This document shows, piece after piece, positions 1 to 9,122 of a DNA stretch of 20,000 bases; within the stretch, counting starts at the first letter, position 1, and every line of letters starts with the position of its first letter. The stretch lies in the IMG/VR virus record IMGVR_UViG_3300027688_000004; one strand, written 5' to 3'. Position numbers and translations under genes: made by a program. Origin of the DNA: an uncultured virus (IMG/VR IMGVR_UViG_3300027688_000004) (taxonomy: Duplodnaviria > Heunggongvirae > Uroviricota > Caudoviricetes). Below the pieces are notes generated by a model. That model did no database searches, was not told the origin of the DNA, and saw nothing but the letters and a program-made list of their open reading frames with translations.

Positions 1-2
1 CG

Positions 3-1619
3 GCGGACGGGAATTTGGGTTGGGTAGTACAGGAGAGGAAAAGGCTCAACGAGGCCCTGCGTGCAAATCGCGACACTGCGTCGTCACAGGTACGAGCGGG
101 GGAACAAATACGTACCCTGCTCGACTGGAAACCAAACAACAGCTGGTCAGGGTCAAACACGGCAAAGGGAAAAACAGTCACTGACAAACTGGAGGAGGCG
201 ATTGGTCCAGAGGAAACCGCGAGAGTTCTGAGGGAAGCGGGCATCCCAGGTGCGGTATTCAAAGATGCTGCTTCTCGGAATGCAAACCCCATGCAGCAGC
301 TAATTGCGGGTAAGATCATACCTGACACCCTGAACTACGCCGTATGGGATCAGGAGGTCCTGGACAGGATGAAGATGTTGGGGAACCGGGATGTTCTGTA
401 CCAGAACCCGACAGAGTCAAGTGCCTCCATAAAGGCTGCTGCGATCACAAAAGGACGAGACGCTGCCCTTGTGGATGCTACCCGCAAATGGCAGGAGGGT
501 TTGATCACTAAGGCCGAGCGTGACGATATCATCGATAGGTACAAACCGGTTTCGCCGTACAAATCAGCCCCTGTGCCGGTGACCACTGAGGAAGTGTTTG
601 CCATTAACACAAACAAAATCAAGGAAGGGTGGGGTGCGCACGAAAAAGTAGTCAAGGATGGTGACCAAGTTGGGCTTCGCCTTGACATCCCTTCATACAC
701 AAACCACAAGCAGTGGATAAACAGTATCCACTACAGCACCTCTGGCAAAGCAAGGGTTGCATACGGGGCTGTTTCACGGGTTGAAAACGCAACATTCAAA
801 GTACCTCTGAATAAGGCGATGGGGGTTGCTTCCGATACCCAGAACAAGAGTCCATTCGCCACAATCGATGGTGAGTGGAAAGGTATACTACCGGAAGAGG
901 CTCATGCAAAACTGAAGGATATTGTTGAGAACCCTGAAGCCAACCCTGAGTGGCGTCAAGTCGGTATGGACCCGGAGAGGCACGCTTACTTCTATGACAG
1001 AGAGAATCATCGGATTCAGTACACATCAGCAGACGAAGTAATTCAGGTTGGCCCACTGGTGGTTGCTAAAAACCCTGTCGCCGCTGCCGCTGATGACACG
1101 AATGTTCTGTTCCAAGGGGAGAACCCAGGCCAGCCTCTCTACCAAAAGCAACGCGGCATGGTGTCCTTCGGGGATCAGGGCAAGGCTTTGATCAACCCTA
1201 TTGATCCCGACTTCTCTACAGCCCCTCACGAGGTGTCTCACGTCCTGCGGAGGATGCTGCAAGGAGAATCTGCGGACAGAGCAGCGGATGTCTTTGGGGG
1301 AGCTAAAGAGGGGCGGTGGTCCCGCGAAGCGGAAGAGAGTTTTGCACAGGGAGCAGAAGGGTATCTGCAGACAGCGAGCACTAAGAGCCCGGCCATGCAG
1401 CAGACCATGCAGCAGATGAACCAAGGGATGTCTCAGGTGTATGACAACCCAATGCCCGTTCGCGACGGCGGGACAGAATTCTTTGAGAAGGTCTTCGGTA
1501 TCACTGCAACATCCTCCCCACTAGATAAGGCCGTGCCGCCAGGGCTGGCGAAATCCCTCGGATACGGTGCGGCGTACAACGTACTCACCCGCTTCTTGTC
1601 AAACGGGGGAGCGTTATGA
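3..1619 (+). CDS. Large polyvalent / internal virion (DarB-like) protein, C-terminal part, 5'-truncated; ends in a zincin-like HExxH metallopeptidase-type domain
   Basis: The frame is open from base 3, so the track start at 15 (TTG) is probably an edge artefact. LREAGIPGAVFKDAASR...NYAVWD resembles the GIPGIxYxD...NYVVFD segment of phage polyvalent proteins. Middle domain: VGLRLDIPSY...WRQVGMDPERHAYFYDR...EVIQVGPLVVAKN. C-terminal: DFSTAPHEVSH...EESFAQGAEGYL. Confidence 0.65.
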   Translation, partial: ADGNLGWVVQERKRLNEALRANRDTASSQVRAGEQIRTLLDWKPNNSWSGSNTAKGKTVTDKLEEAIGPEETARVLREAGIPGAVFKDAASRNANPMQQLIAGKIIPDTLNYAVWDQEVLDRMKMLGNRDVLYQNPTESSASIKAAAITKGRDAALVDATRKWQEGLITKAERDDIIDRYKPVSPYKSAPVPVTTEEVFAINTNKIKEGWGAHEKVVKDGDQVGLRLDIPSYTNHKQWINSIHYSTSGKARVAYGAVSRVENATFKVPLNKAMGVASDTQNKSPFATIDGEWKGILPEEAHAKLKDIVENPEANPEWRQVGMDPERHAYFYDRENHRIQYTSADEVIQVGPLVVAKNPVAAAADDTNVLFQGENPGQPLYQKQRGMVSFGDQGKALINPIDPDFSTAPHEVSHVLRRMLQGESADRAADVFGGAKEGRWSREAEESFAQGAEGYLQTASTKSPAMQQTMQQMNQGMSQVYDNPMPVRDGGTEFFEKVFGITATSSPLDKAVPPGLAKSLGYGAAYNVLTRFLSNGGAL

Positions 1620-3382
1620 CAGATATCTCAGACCGACTTCGGGCCACACTCGTCGGCCGACGAGACCTGCAACAGGGTCTTGCCGCCGCTGCCAAAGTGG
1701 CCAAGCAGAAGCTGAACGCCATCGATCTGTTCAGACCGACCGAGTATCAGGAGAAAGTCGTCCTGTGCAAGGCGACAGAAATCCTGGTACAGGGAGGTAC
1801 GCGATCGGGGAAGTCCTTGATCGTGGCGGTGATGATTGCGTCCTACCTGCTCAACGTGCCAATCACGTTCGCAGACGGATCAAAGCATCACATGAGAGAG
1901 CTGTCGTGGCGGAAGAGAGCCACAGTCGTATGGCTCATCGGTCTGCAGTTGAATCACATCGGCCAGACCCTACATCGTCTGCTCTGCCGCGCAGGGGCCT
2001 TCGACATGGTCCGCGACAAGCAGACTGGCATGTGGCGGTCGTGGCAACCCGGACGTATCCCGGGTGATGAGCTTCTGTCAGAAGACGAACGGAAGCCAGC
2101 CCCACCGCTGATCCCACCCTCGGAGATCATCGGAGAGACGTGGGAGAATAAAGCTGAGTTCAAGTTCACGTCTCTCACCATGAAAGACGGATCCATCTGT
2201 TACGGGTACGCCTCTTCCGGCGATGTCAAGCGTGGCGACCCTGTCAACATCATCTGGATCGACGAAGAAATCAAGTTCAGCTCGCACTACCCGGAGTGGC
2301 AGTCCCGTCTGTCGGACAGGAAGGGCAGGATCTACTGGACCTCCTGGCCAGATATGGAGACCCCCGCGCTGCTGACGTTATGGAAGCGAGCCTGCGAACA
2401 GAAGGACGAAGTCCTGCGTGGTATCAGGACCCATCAGGACGCAGAGAACTTCGTGTTCCGAGGATCCGACTCTCCGTTCATCGACGAGAACGAAAAGCGG
2501 AAACGAGCCGAAGGCTGGACAGACTCCCAGCGTCGGGCGCGAGACTTCGGGGAGTTCGTAACAGACACGATCCTCGCCTACCCCGAGTTCGACCGGAAGT
2601 ATCACGCTGTAGACTATGGGCCGGACAGTCCACTGAATGATAAAGTCACGGAGGTTATGCGGAAGATGCACTGGAACGTACCGGCCGACTGGTGCGTGGA
2701 CCTAATCCTCGACCCAGGTACCTCTCGTCCTGCTCTACTCTGGGCGGCAATCCCTCCTAAGGAGTTCTGGGATGATGGGGAGCCTTACCATATTTTCTTC
2801 AGGGAAATGGCCATCCCAAGAATAGACGCCCAACAGATGGCGATGCGAGCTAAGGCGGCTGATCCGGGCAGGCATTACATGCGTTTTATCGGGGACAGCA
2901 AGGCCGGAGACCAAACTCCGATGGGTTTTGCTTGGTCCGTATTCGAACAGTACAGCCGCGAGTTCAAGCAAGCAGGCTTGCGGTGCCAGCTTACCGGTGA
3001 TATGTTTCTTCGAGGTGAGACTACGTGGGTCGTCCGATCTATGAAACTTCGGGCTCTTATGCGGGGTCGTCCGTGTGGGAGGCCGAGGCTCCGCGTCGTT
3101 GCGAACTCGTGTCCAACCCTTGTCCGACAGCTCGAAGAGACCCTGAAGAAAGTCACTAAAGAAGACGTGCAGGATAAGCTGGCCGAAGGTCAGCAGCACG
3201 ACGTACTTGATACTGCGGAGTATTATGCTGGATTCGAACCAACCTTCCTGACCCCTCCCCCAAGACAACCCCCTATGGACCCGGGAATGGCAATGTTTCA
3301 GTCTGATCAAAAGACTCTTACAAACATCTTCCGGCAGAACAAAGCACCAGAGAAAGGCCCTATTATTCTAGGGCTTCCATAA
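1616..3382 (+). CDS. terL: Phage terminase large subunit
   Basis: Walker A VQGGTRSGKS, Walker B IIWIDEE, RARDFGEF linker, and RNase H-like nuclease motifs LILDPG and HDVLDTAEY. ATGA overlap with the upstream gene; lies upstream of the portal. Confidence 0.93.
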   Translation: MTDISDRLRATLVGRRDLQQGLAAAAKVAKQKLNAIDLFRPTEYQEKVVLCKATEILVQGGTRSGKSLIVAVMIASYLLNVPITFADGSKHHMRELSWRKRATVVWLIGLQLNHIGQTLHRLLCRAGAFDMVRDKQTGMWRSWQPGRIPGDELLSEDERKPAPPLIPPSEIIGETWENKAEFKFTSLTMKDGSICYGYASSGDVKRGDPVNIIWIDEEIKFSSHYPEWQSRLSDRKGRIYWTSWPDMETPALLTLWKRACEQKDEVLRGIRTHQDAENFVFRGSDSPFIDENEKRKRAEGWTDSQRRARDFGEFVTDTILAYPEFDRKYHAVDYGPDSPLNDKVTEVMRKMHWNVPADWCVDLILDPGTSRPALLWAAIPPKEFWDDGEPYHIFFREMAIPRIDAQQMAMRAKAADPGRHYMRFIGDSKAGDQTPMGFAWSVFEQYSREFKQAGLRCQLTGDMFLRGETTWVVRSMKLRALMRGRPCGRPRLRVVANSCPTLVRQLEETLKKVTKEDVQDKLAEGQQHDVLDTAEYYAGFEPTFLTPPPRQPPMDPGMAMFQSDQKTLTNIFRQNKAPEKGPIILGLP

Positions 3383-3390
3383 CCCCAGAC

Positions 3391-3395
3391 AGGAG
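3391..3395 (+). promoter_or_regulatory. Shine-Dalgarno AGGAG for the 3401 gene
   Basis: AGGAG followed by a 5-nt spacer and the ATG at 3401. Confidence 0.7.
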
Positions 3396-3400
3396 CACGT

Positions 3401-3703
3401 ATGAAGATTTCTGAGATCTGCCGAGAGGTCACTATTGACGGAATTACCGTCTCAGTATCAATTGGTGACACAGTGTGGTGGTTCATGGAGAACCAGCTCG
3501 ACAACATCCCAGCAGTGGCGATCGTTATTCAGTTCAGCGAGGACAACATGATCGACCTCGCAAGATACACTTCCCCCGGCAGCAGGCTGACAGCAGAGAC
3601 AGGGGTTTGTCTACTCGACGACCCCCGACTATCGAACGCGAATTATCGCAAACGTGGATCATGGTGCCCTCGTGGCATGTGGTCTTCACTCAAGCTAAAG
3701 TAG
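3401..3703 (+). CDS. Small phage hypothetical protein (100 aa, beta-rich, possibly SH3-like)
   Basis: Good RBS and fills the terL-portal gap. Pattern IGDTVWW...PAVAIV...IDL...GSWCP resembles small phage proteins. Confidence 0.75.
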   Translation: MKISEICREVTIDGITVSVSIGDTVWWFMENQLDNIPAVAIVIQFSEDNMIDLARYTSPGSRLTAETGVCLLDDPRLSNANYRKRGSWCPRGMWSSLKLK

Positions 3704-3710
3704 GTAAGCG

Positions 3711-5900
3711 ATGCTTCCGACGACAGAGAACCTCCAGCAGTATCTGCTGGGGCCAATCATCAGCCAGTGGTACGCTCGCTTCACTTCTGCAGAGAAGTCG
3801 AAAGAGCGTTTCACGGTCATGGCAAAGCTGTGTCGTCAGTTTCTCGGAAGCTCAGCCAAGGCTATGTGGGAGGATTCGTTCCGTCGCGAGTTCTACCCCG
3901 CAATCGCGCAGCCTCAGTTCATGGTAAGCCTGAACAAAGCCTTCGAGTTAGTAGCCATCATCGGACCATCGCTCTACTGGCAGAACCCTAGTCGGGAAGT
4001 TAGGTCTACGGGGGTCCCCGATCAGTCTCGCATGGCACAACTCATGGGTGTCACCGAGGAGGATATGCTGAAGGAGATCCAGCAGCAGCAGGCCCAACAG
4101 GGGGAAGCCCTAGAGGTCCGCAACAGCCTCGCCACCCTCGTTATGGATTCCATAAGTAAGCAGCACCCCGGCGGTACTAAGATTGACAATGAGCTTGCGA
4201 TCCAAGACGCCTTAGTTACAGGTCGGGGGTGCATGTGGACCGAGACATACTCTGACCGCGCGACCGGAGAAACTATGGTTGGGTCTTTCTATGACCCAGT
4301 CGATAATCTGCTCATAGATCCAGATGCGAAGGACCCTGCATGGCGGGACGTGAAGTGGATCTCTCGGACACATGTTGAACCGATCTGGGTCGTTGAGCGA
4401 AGGTTTGGGTATCCGCCGGGCTACCTCAAAGGTAAGGGCACTCATATCTCCTCAGAGTACATGGCGAAGCTGGAAGTCGAGGTCCGGGACGGGAACTCGA
4501 TGTACCAAGACATGATCGAATGGAAAGAGGTCTGGTCAATCGGAGGCATTGGAGCGAGAGTCACCGGTGCCAACGCCCAGTTAGGACAGGCTCTTGACAG
4601 CCTTACCGGAGACTATTGCTATCTGGCACTCACCCGAAACCTGATGCACCCGCTTAACCTTCCGCCGCTGCTAATCTCAGAGGGGAGTCCAGATCAGATT
4701 CTGGAAGCTCTGATGTGGAGGACGGCCCGGTTCGGGAAGGTTTGCGAGCTGTGGCAGGACCGTCGCTGGCCAGTCGAGAAGCTGGACTTCTACCCGGTGG
4801 TCGGGTCATGCTGGCCAATGGCCGTGCTCGGCCCAGGGATCGGCAGTCTCCTCGCGATGAACATCCTGTTAGTCTCCCAGCTTACAATGAGCTGGGACAG
4901 GCGCAGAGACATCATCGCGGTCAATGGTGCGTACGCAGACGAAGTGGAGTCTGCAATCAAAGGGGAAGGCAACCCAGCCGTCCTGAAGATCAACAGTGCG
5001 TCAAACATGTCGATCACCGAGATCGTGGCATTCGTTCAGCGTCCAGAGGTACAGGGGAACCTCTTGGAATGGATCCAGTATCTGGACAGCCAGTTCAAGA
5101 TGGCGACGGGGTTGGACGACATCCACTACGGTATCAGTCGGACACAGTCCCGAGTGAGCGGGGATGTCCAATCGAAGACCGCAGCGGCTAGTGTTAGGCC
5201 AGAGAAGATGGCGACCGACGTTCACGAGTTTGTGGTAAACTGCGGGAAGAAAGAGCTATGGCTTGCAGCCATGTACATCGAGGGCCAGCAACTGCAGTAC
5301 CTCCTTGGAGACTGGGGCGCGGCAGCATGGGATACTATGCTCGGGTCAATGCCGTTCACGCAGCTCTGCCGAGAGATGGACATCACCATCGAGGCGACAG
5401 ACTTACGTCGGCCAAACCGAGATAAGGACATGGCGGATCTGGAACGACTGGTCCAGTTCTACATCCCGTCTGTCACGCAGTACTCGCTCACAACCGGGGA
5501 TGAGAAGCCGTTCAATGCCTTCCTGCACAAGTTCGCGACAGCGATGCAGATGACTAACCCTGAGGATCTATACTTCGGGCCATGGCATCCGATGCCGGAT
5601 CAAACAGCAATTCAGATGCAACAGGAAGCACAGCAGGTTGACATTGCCAAGACTCAGGCGGATACCGAAGAAGTCAAGGCGAAGACTGTGGCTCGACTGG
5701 TGGACGCTCAGTACAAACAGCAGGGAGCCACGGCACCAGCGATGCAGAAGTTGAAATGGAATGACATATTCAATCAGCAAAAACTGAAGATGCAGGATGA
5801 AGCTCACCTTCAGAATCTAGTATTCCTGCAGGAGCAGCAGGACATCAAAGAGGAAGCAGCGCGGGCTGCGATCAAGACAAAGCCAAAGGCGAAGAAATGA
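3711..5900 (+). CDS. Portal protein (P22/podovirus-like, with C-terminal Gln-rich coiled-coil barrel)
   Basis: 729 aa, downstream of terL. Portal-like motifs IQDALVTGRG, DPVDNLLIDPDA and FKMATGLDDIHYG. The Q/E/A-rich helical C-terminus resembles the P22 portal barrel. Confidence 0.88.
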   Translation: MLPTTENLQQYLLGPIISQWYARFTSAEKSKERFTVMAKLCRQFLGSSAKAMWEDSFRREFYPAIAQPQFMVSLNKAFELVAIIGPSLYWQNPSREVRSTGVPDQSRMAQLMGVTEEDMLKEIQQQQAQQGEALEVRNSLATLVMDSISKQHPGGTKIDNELAIQDALVTGRGCMWTETYSDRATGETMVGSFYDPVDNLLIDPDAKDPAWRDVKWISRTHVEPIWVVERRFGYPPGYLKGKGTHISSEYMAKLEVEVRDGNSMYQDMIEWKEVWSIGGIGARVTGANAQLGQALDSLTGDYCYLALTRNLMHPLNLPPLLISEGSPDQILEALMWRTARFGKVCELWQDRRWPVEKLDFYPVVGSCWPMAVLGPGIGSLLAMNILLVSQLTMSWDRRRDIIAVNGAYADEVESAIKGEGNPAVLKINSASNMSITEIVAFVQRPEVQGNLLEWIQYLDSQFKMATGLDDIHYGISRTQSRVSGDVQSKTAAASVRPEKMATDVHEFVVNCGKKELWLAAMYIEGQQLQYLLGDWGAAAWDTMLGSMPFTQLCREMDITIEATDLRRPNRDKDMADLERLVQFYIPSVTQYSLTTGDEKPFNAFLHKFATAMQMTNPEDLYFGPWHPMPDQTAIQMQQEAQQVDIAKTQADTEEVKAKTVARLVDAQYKQQGATAPAMQKLKWNDIFNQQKLKMQDEAHLQNLVFLQEQQDIKEEAARAAIKTKPKAKK

Positions 5901-6562
5901 ATCGGTTCCCCAGACTGAGAGACGAGTTGGAGTGGGATGCAGTGCAGCAGGCAGGTCCGGCTGCGGTGGAATCCTTTGAGAAGATGATTGCACAGGGAGA
6001 GTCAGTCTCTTTGGCTGCTCAATTTGCTACCCGCAGACCACCGAGCGGGGGGTACGATGAACAGCTTGTGCAGAGGAATACGAAGAGTGTGACGGAGCAG
6101 TTCAAAGGGTGCGGTACGATGCTTGACCTGTACCGGAAGAACTACAAAGCTCAGACAGGGGAGAACCTGCCGGAGGATGCGGTGGTCTATCGCAGCCTTG
6201 CTAAGTACCCGGGAGACCCCGGATGTATCGTGACTCACAAGCAGAGCTTGTCTGACGTGAAGAAGATTATGAAGGAGCGGAACGAACAGGTCGAAGGGGA
6301 CTGGGAGAACCATCCGATTTCGGAAGCTCCTCAGCCGCAAGTGGTGCGGATGAATGAGAACGTGATGGCTCGGTATAAAGCTGAGTACAAAATGGAGTCA
6401 GAGGAGTACGCGAAGCTGGATGAACGGGAACTCGAAGAACACATCATCGACACTCACACCTCACTCGTGACTGCGGATGATGCGATGAACGCCCCAACGT
6501 CAGAGGAGCAGGTCAATAAAGCCACCTTCGGTGGGCGGGATGCAATCAGAGGAATGTCATGA
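5897..6562 (+). CDS. Phage hypothetical protein downstream of portal (221 aa)
   Basis: ATGA-coupled at both ends. Charged and helical, with motif YRSLAKYPGDP. Function not recognised. Confidence 0.8.
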   Translation: MNRFPRLRDELEWDAVQQAGPAAVESFEKMIAQGESVSLAAQFATRRPPSGGYDEQLVQRNTKSVTEQFKGCGTMLDLYRKNYKAQTGENLPEDAVVYRSLAKYPGDPGCIVTHKQSLSDVKKIMKERNEQVEGDWENHPISEAPQPQVVRMNENVMARYKAEYKMESEEYAKLDERELEEHIIDTHTSLVTADDAMNAPTSEEQVNKATFGGRDAIRGMS

Positions 6563-7710
6563 TCACAGTCGCAGATATGATGAGTCACATCGCCGTTCAG
6601 CTCAATGCCGTACTCGGCGGTTTTCTGGAAGGGAAGGTACGCACATCTGTACTTTCTGCATGGGGTCGGCTGTTGAGTATGCACGAATGGGCGTACTTCC
6701 ACCGGATGGGCACCCTCATCACGTTTGCGGGAGAAACCACGGGGACCATTGTCTTCAATTACGCCGCGAAAACTGTGACCCTGACCGGGGCTACTTGGCC
6801 TACCGATGCAATCAACATGCACATCCGTCTGGACTTCAACTGGTATCCGATCTACAAGCGGACGAGTAACACTGTACTGGAGCTGTTTGACGGTAAGACG
6901 CCGGAAGTGGACCTGACGGGCGAAGCGTTCGTCATCCAGCAGATCCTCTATCCCCTCCCCTATGATGTAGGCGATATTGTACAGGCATTGGAGGGTCAGC
7001 AGAACCTGCAGCTCATGCGGCTCAATCTGATGGAGGCCCACCAGGTTCAGGAGGGTTTCGCTTGGTCACCAACCCTCCCATCGTGCTACGCGCTGGTGGC
7101 GGACTCGGCAAACCCTTCTCGTTGGAATATGTGGCTTCCAACAGTACAGACTTTGGACACCGTCCTGCAGTATCTGTACGTCGCGAGGAAGCCGACCTTC
7201 ACGCTCGCCCGGGAGTCACGCGGCACCGTCTCAGTATCCGCAGGAGTTGCGACCTTCAGCGACACCGTTGTAAACTCTCTGTGGGATGGTGCTGTCCTTC
7301 GGGTAGCAAAGGATGACACCTCCAGCCCTACTGGAGAATTCGGGGATGTCCCTGTCAACGATCTCCTGTACGACCGGGATTGCTACGAGATGCGGGTTGT
7401 GAAGTGGCTTACGAGTACGACTTGCCGCGTGAGTGATCTTACCGTCAACCAGACAAGTGTATCATACACTGCGTCATCTCTGATCGACGTGAGCGACGGG
7501 GCGATGACAGTCCTTCTGCAACGCCTTTGTGAAGACGAGTATGGTGCGAAAATGGTTGGCAATCATACTGAACGGTTGGTTAGCCAGTCTCGGCTGTCAC
7601 AGGCATTCAACGACGCAAAAGCATCGGACGGTCGCTACGTTCGAAACAAAGGTCCAGCGGCTCAATGGTACGGACTCCGACTCAAAGATGTCGGATACGT
7701 CACCCCCTGA
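6559..7710 (+). CDS. Head-tail adaptor protein (podovirus-type adaptor / tail tubular A-like) with two inserted beta-rich segments
   Basis: N-terminal helices ending WGRLLSMHEWAYF, then YPLPYD, LPSCYAL and WLPT...LQYLYVARKP, which match adaptor-like patterns. Inserts begin TTGTIVFNYAAKTVTLTG and SRGTVSVSAGVATFS. Confidence 0.6.
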   Translation: MITVADMMSHIAVQLNAVLGGFLEGKVRTSVLSAWGRLLSMHEWAYFHRMGTLITFAGETTGTIVFNYAAKTVTLTGATWPTDAINMHIRLDFNWYPIYKRTSNTVLELFDGKTPEVDLTGEAFVIQQILYPLPYDVGDIVQALEGQQNLQLMRLNLMEAHQVQEGFAWSPTLPSCYALVADSANPSRWNMWLPTVQTLDTVLQYLYVARKPTFTLARESRGTVSVSAGVATFSDTVVNSLWDGAVLRVAKDDTSSPTGEFGDVPVNDLLYDRDCYEMRVVKWLTSTTCRVSDLTVNQTSVSYTASSLIDVSDGAMTVLLQRLCEDEYGAKMVGNHTERLVSQSRLSQAFNDAKASDGRYVRNKGPAAQWYGLRLKDVGYVTP

Positions 7711-7718
7711 GGTTATAG

Positions 7719-8249
7719 ATGGCTAACCCTGAATGGAACATCCTCAACCGGACGTACACTATCGTCCGCGATATGGCGGCAAACCAAGAACTGGTCGCCT
7801 CGGCCGGGGAGAGGGTACGCTCCGTTCTGCCCAGTGCAGTCCGAGTCTGGAGAGCAGTTGAGGGAGGGGAGTTGAAACGCTCAGCGGACGGTCTGCAGAA
7901 TATGATCATGCCGGGTATCGCGATAACCCTCCTTCCAGTAAGCTCCACCCTCGGGGCAGGGTTGAACTGTGCAGATGACGAAGTCCAACAGATTGCCATC
8001 CAGATTATGGACTCTACCCCTCATCAACACGAAGGCCCGATTCGCACCTATACCAACTGGATGAATCTCATCCGGCTCAAGTTTACAACAGTCCCTAACC
8101 CATTCCTTCAGGACGCTGACCCAGCGACGTACGACCCGTACGTTGTCCATCCGTTAAAACGACTGCCCGCAGAAGCCCAGAGTCTGGTACGGCACGAACA
8201 ACAGGTTTCAATGTTCACCTTCCAAGTGATGGTAAGACATCACAGATAG
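7719..8249 (+). CDS. Putative tail completion/terminator protein
   Basis: 176 aa, between the adaptor and tube-like genes. Alpha/beta pattern (MPGIAI...QIAIQI...WMNLIR...FTFQVMVR) fits tail terminators. Call rests mostly on synteny. Confidence 0.45.
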   Translation: MANPEWNILNRTYTIVRDMAANQELVASAGERVRSVLPSAVRVWRAVEGGELKRSADGLQNMIMPGIAITLLPVSSTLGAGLNCADDEVQQIAIQIMDSTPHQHEGPIRTYTNWMNLIRLKFTTVPNPFLQDADPATYDPYVVHPLKRLPAEAQSLVRHEQQVSMFTFQVMVRHHR

Positions 8250-8258
8250 GCTTGTATC

Positions 8259-9122
8259 ATGGCAATCAGCGTACCAGTAAATGCCCGTATGATGGTGGGC
8301 GGAGCGAAGTACTGCTTCGCTAAGTTCCTCGATCAGAGTAAGTATGAACGTGTACAGAACCCTGACGCGATTTGCGGAAACAGAGACCCACTGATTGAAC
8401 GGACCTCGCCGGGTCGGAGAAAGATCCAGTTCACTACCTTCCACGACCTTACCGCTCCCGTGATTGCACTGCTACTCCCGCTGGCCGGAACAACGCTTGC
8501 TTCAGGGACATACACCGCCAACCAGACCGTCACGCCTGTCGAGATCATCATCGATAAAGTCGGGGCGATACATAAGTACACGAACGCCCGCATGGCCCGT
8601 ATGATAATTCGGGGGCAAGTGGGAACGCTGCCGATCTCAGCGGAGTGTACCTGGATCGCGGAGGATGAAATCCAAGACAACGCCGCGGTGTTTTCGGAGG
8701 GGGCGGTGGACTTCATCTTCGCGTTCCCAGGGACCACTCACAAGATCGCGACTGTCCTGAAGAACCTAGACCGTTTCGCGTTTGTTATCGACAATAAGCT
8801 CATCCCCTCCTGGAATGCGGCCTTCACCGTGACGGATGTGGGGCAGGGCCCTCGACAGACGCTGCTTGCTACTAGCATCCCATACACTACCGCGTATAAG
8901 GATGACTTCTGGAATTACCGGGACGTTACGACCGGCACCGCCCTTGAGTTAAAGATTGTGAACAGCTTAGACAGTATGACCATCAACATCCCAAAAGGGG
9001 TAGTGAACCCCGAGTCTCCGTCGATCGAGGGGGCACTGGAGGAGATCCGGCTCCCGCTGACGTGGGAGGCACACCGCCAGTCGGCCACAGAGGCTTTTAA
9101 CATTGTAGTGGTAAACGCATGA
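8259..9122 (+). CDS. Putative major tail tube protein
   Basis: 287 aa, beta-rich. Features AICGNRDP, FAFVIDNKL, MTINIPK...PSIEG...IRLPLTWEA and C-terminal IVVVN resemble two-domain phage tail tube proteins. Confidence 0.6.
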   Translation: MAISVPVNARMMVGGAKYCFAKFLDQSKYERVQNPDAICGNRDPLIERTSPGRRKIQFTTFHDLTAPVIALLLPLAGTTLASGTYTANQTVTPVEIIIDKVGAIHKYTNARMARMIIRGQVGTLPISAECTWIAEDEIQDNAAVFSEGAVDFIFAFPGTTHKIATVLKNLDRFAFVIDNKLIPSWNAAFTVTDVGQGPRQTLLATSIPYTTAYKDDFWNYRDVTTGTALELKIVNSLDSMTINIPKGVVNPESPSIEGALEEIRLPLTWEAHRQSATEAFNIVVVNA

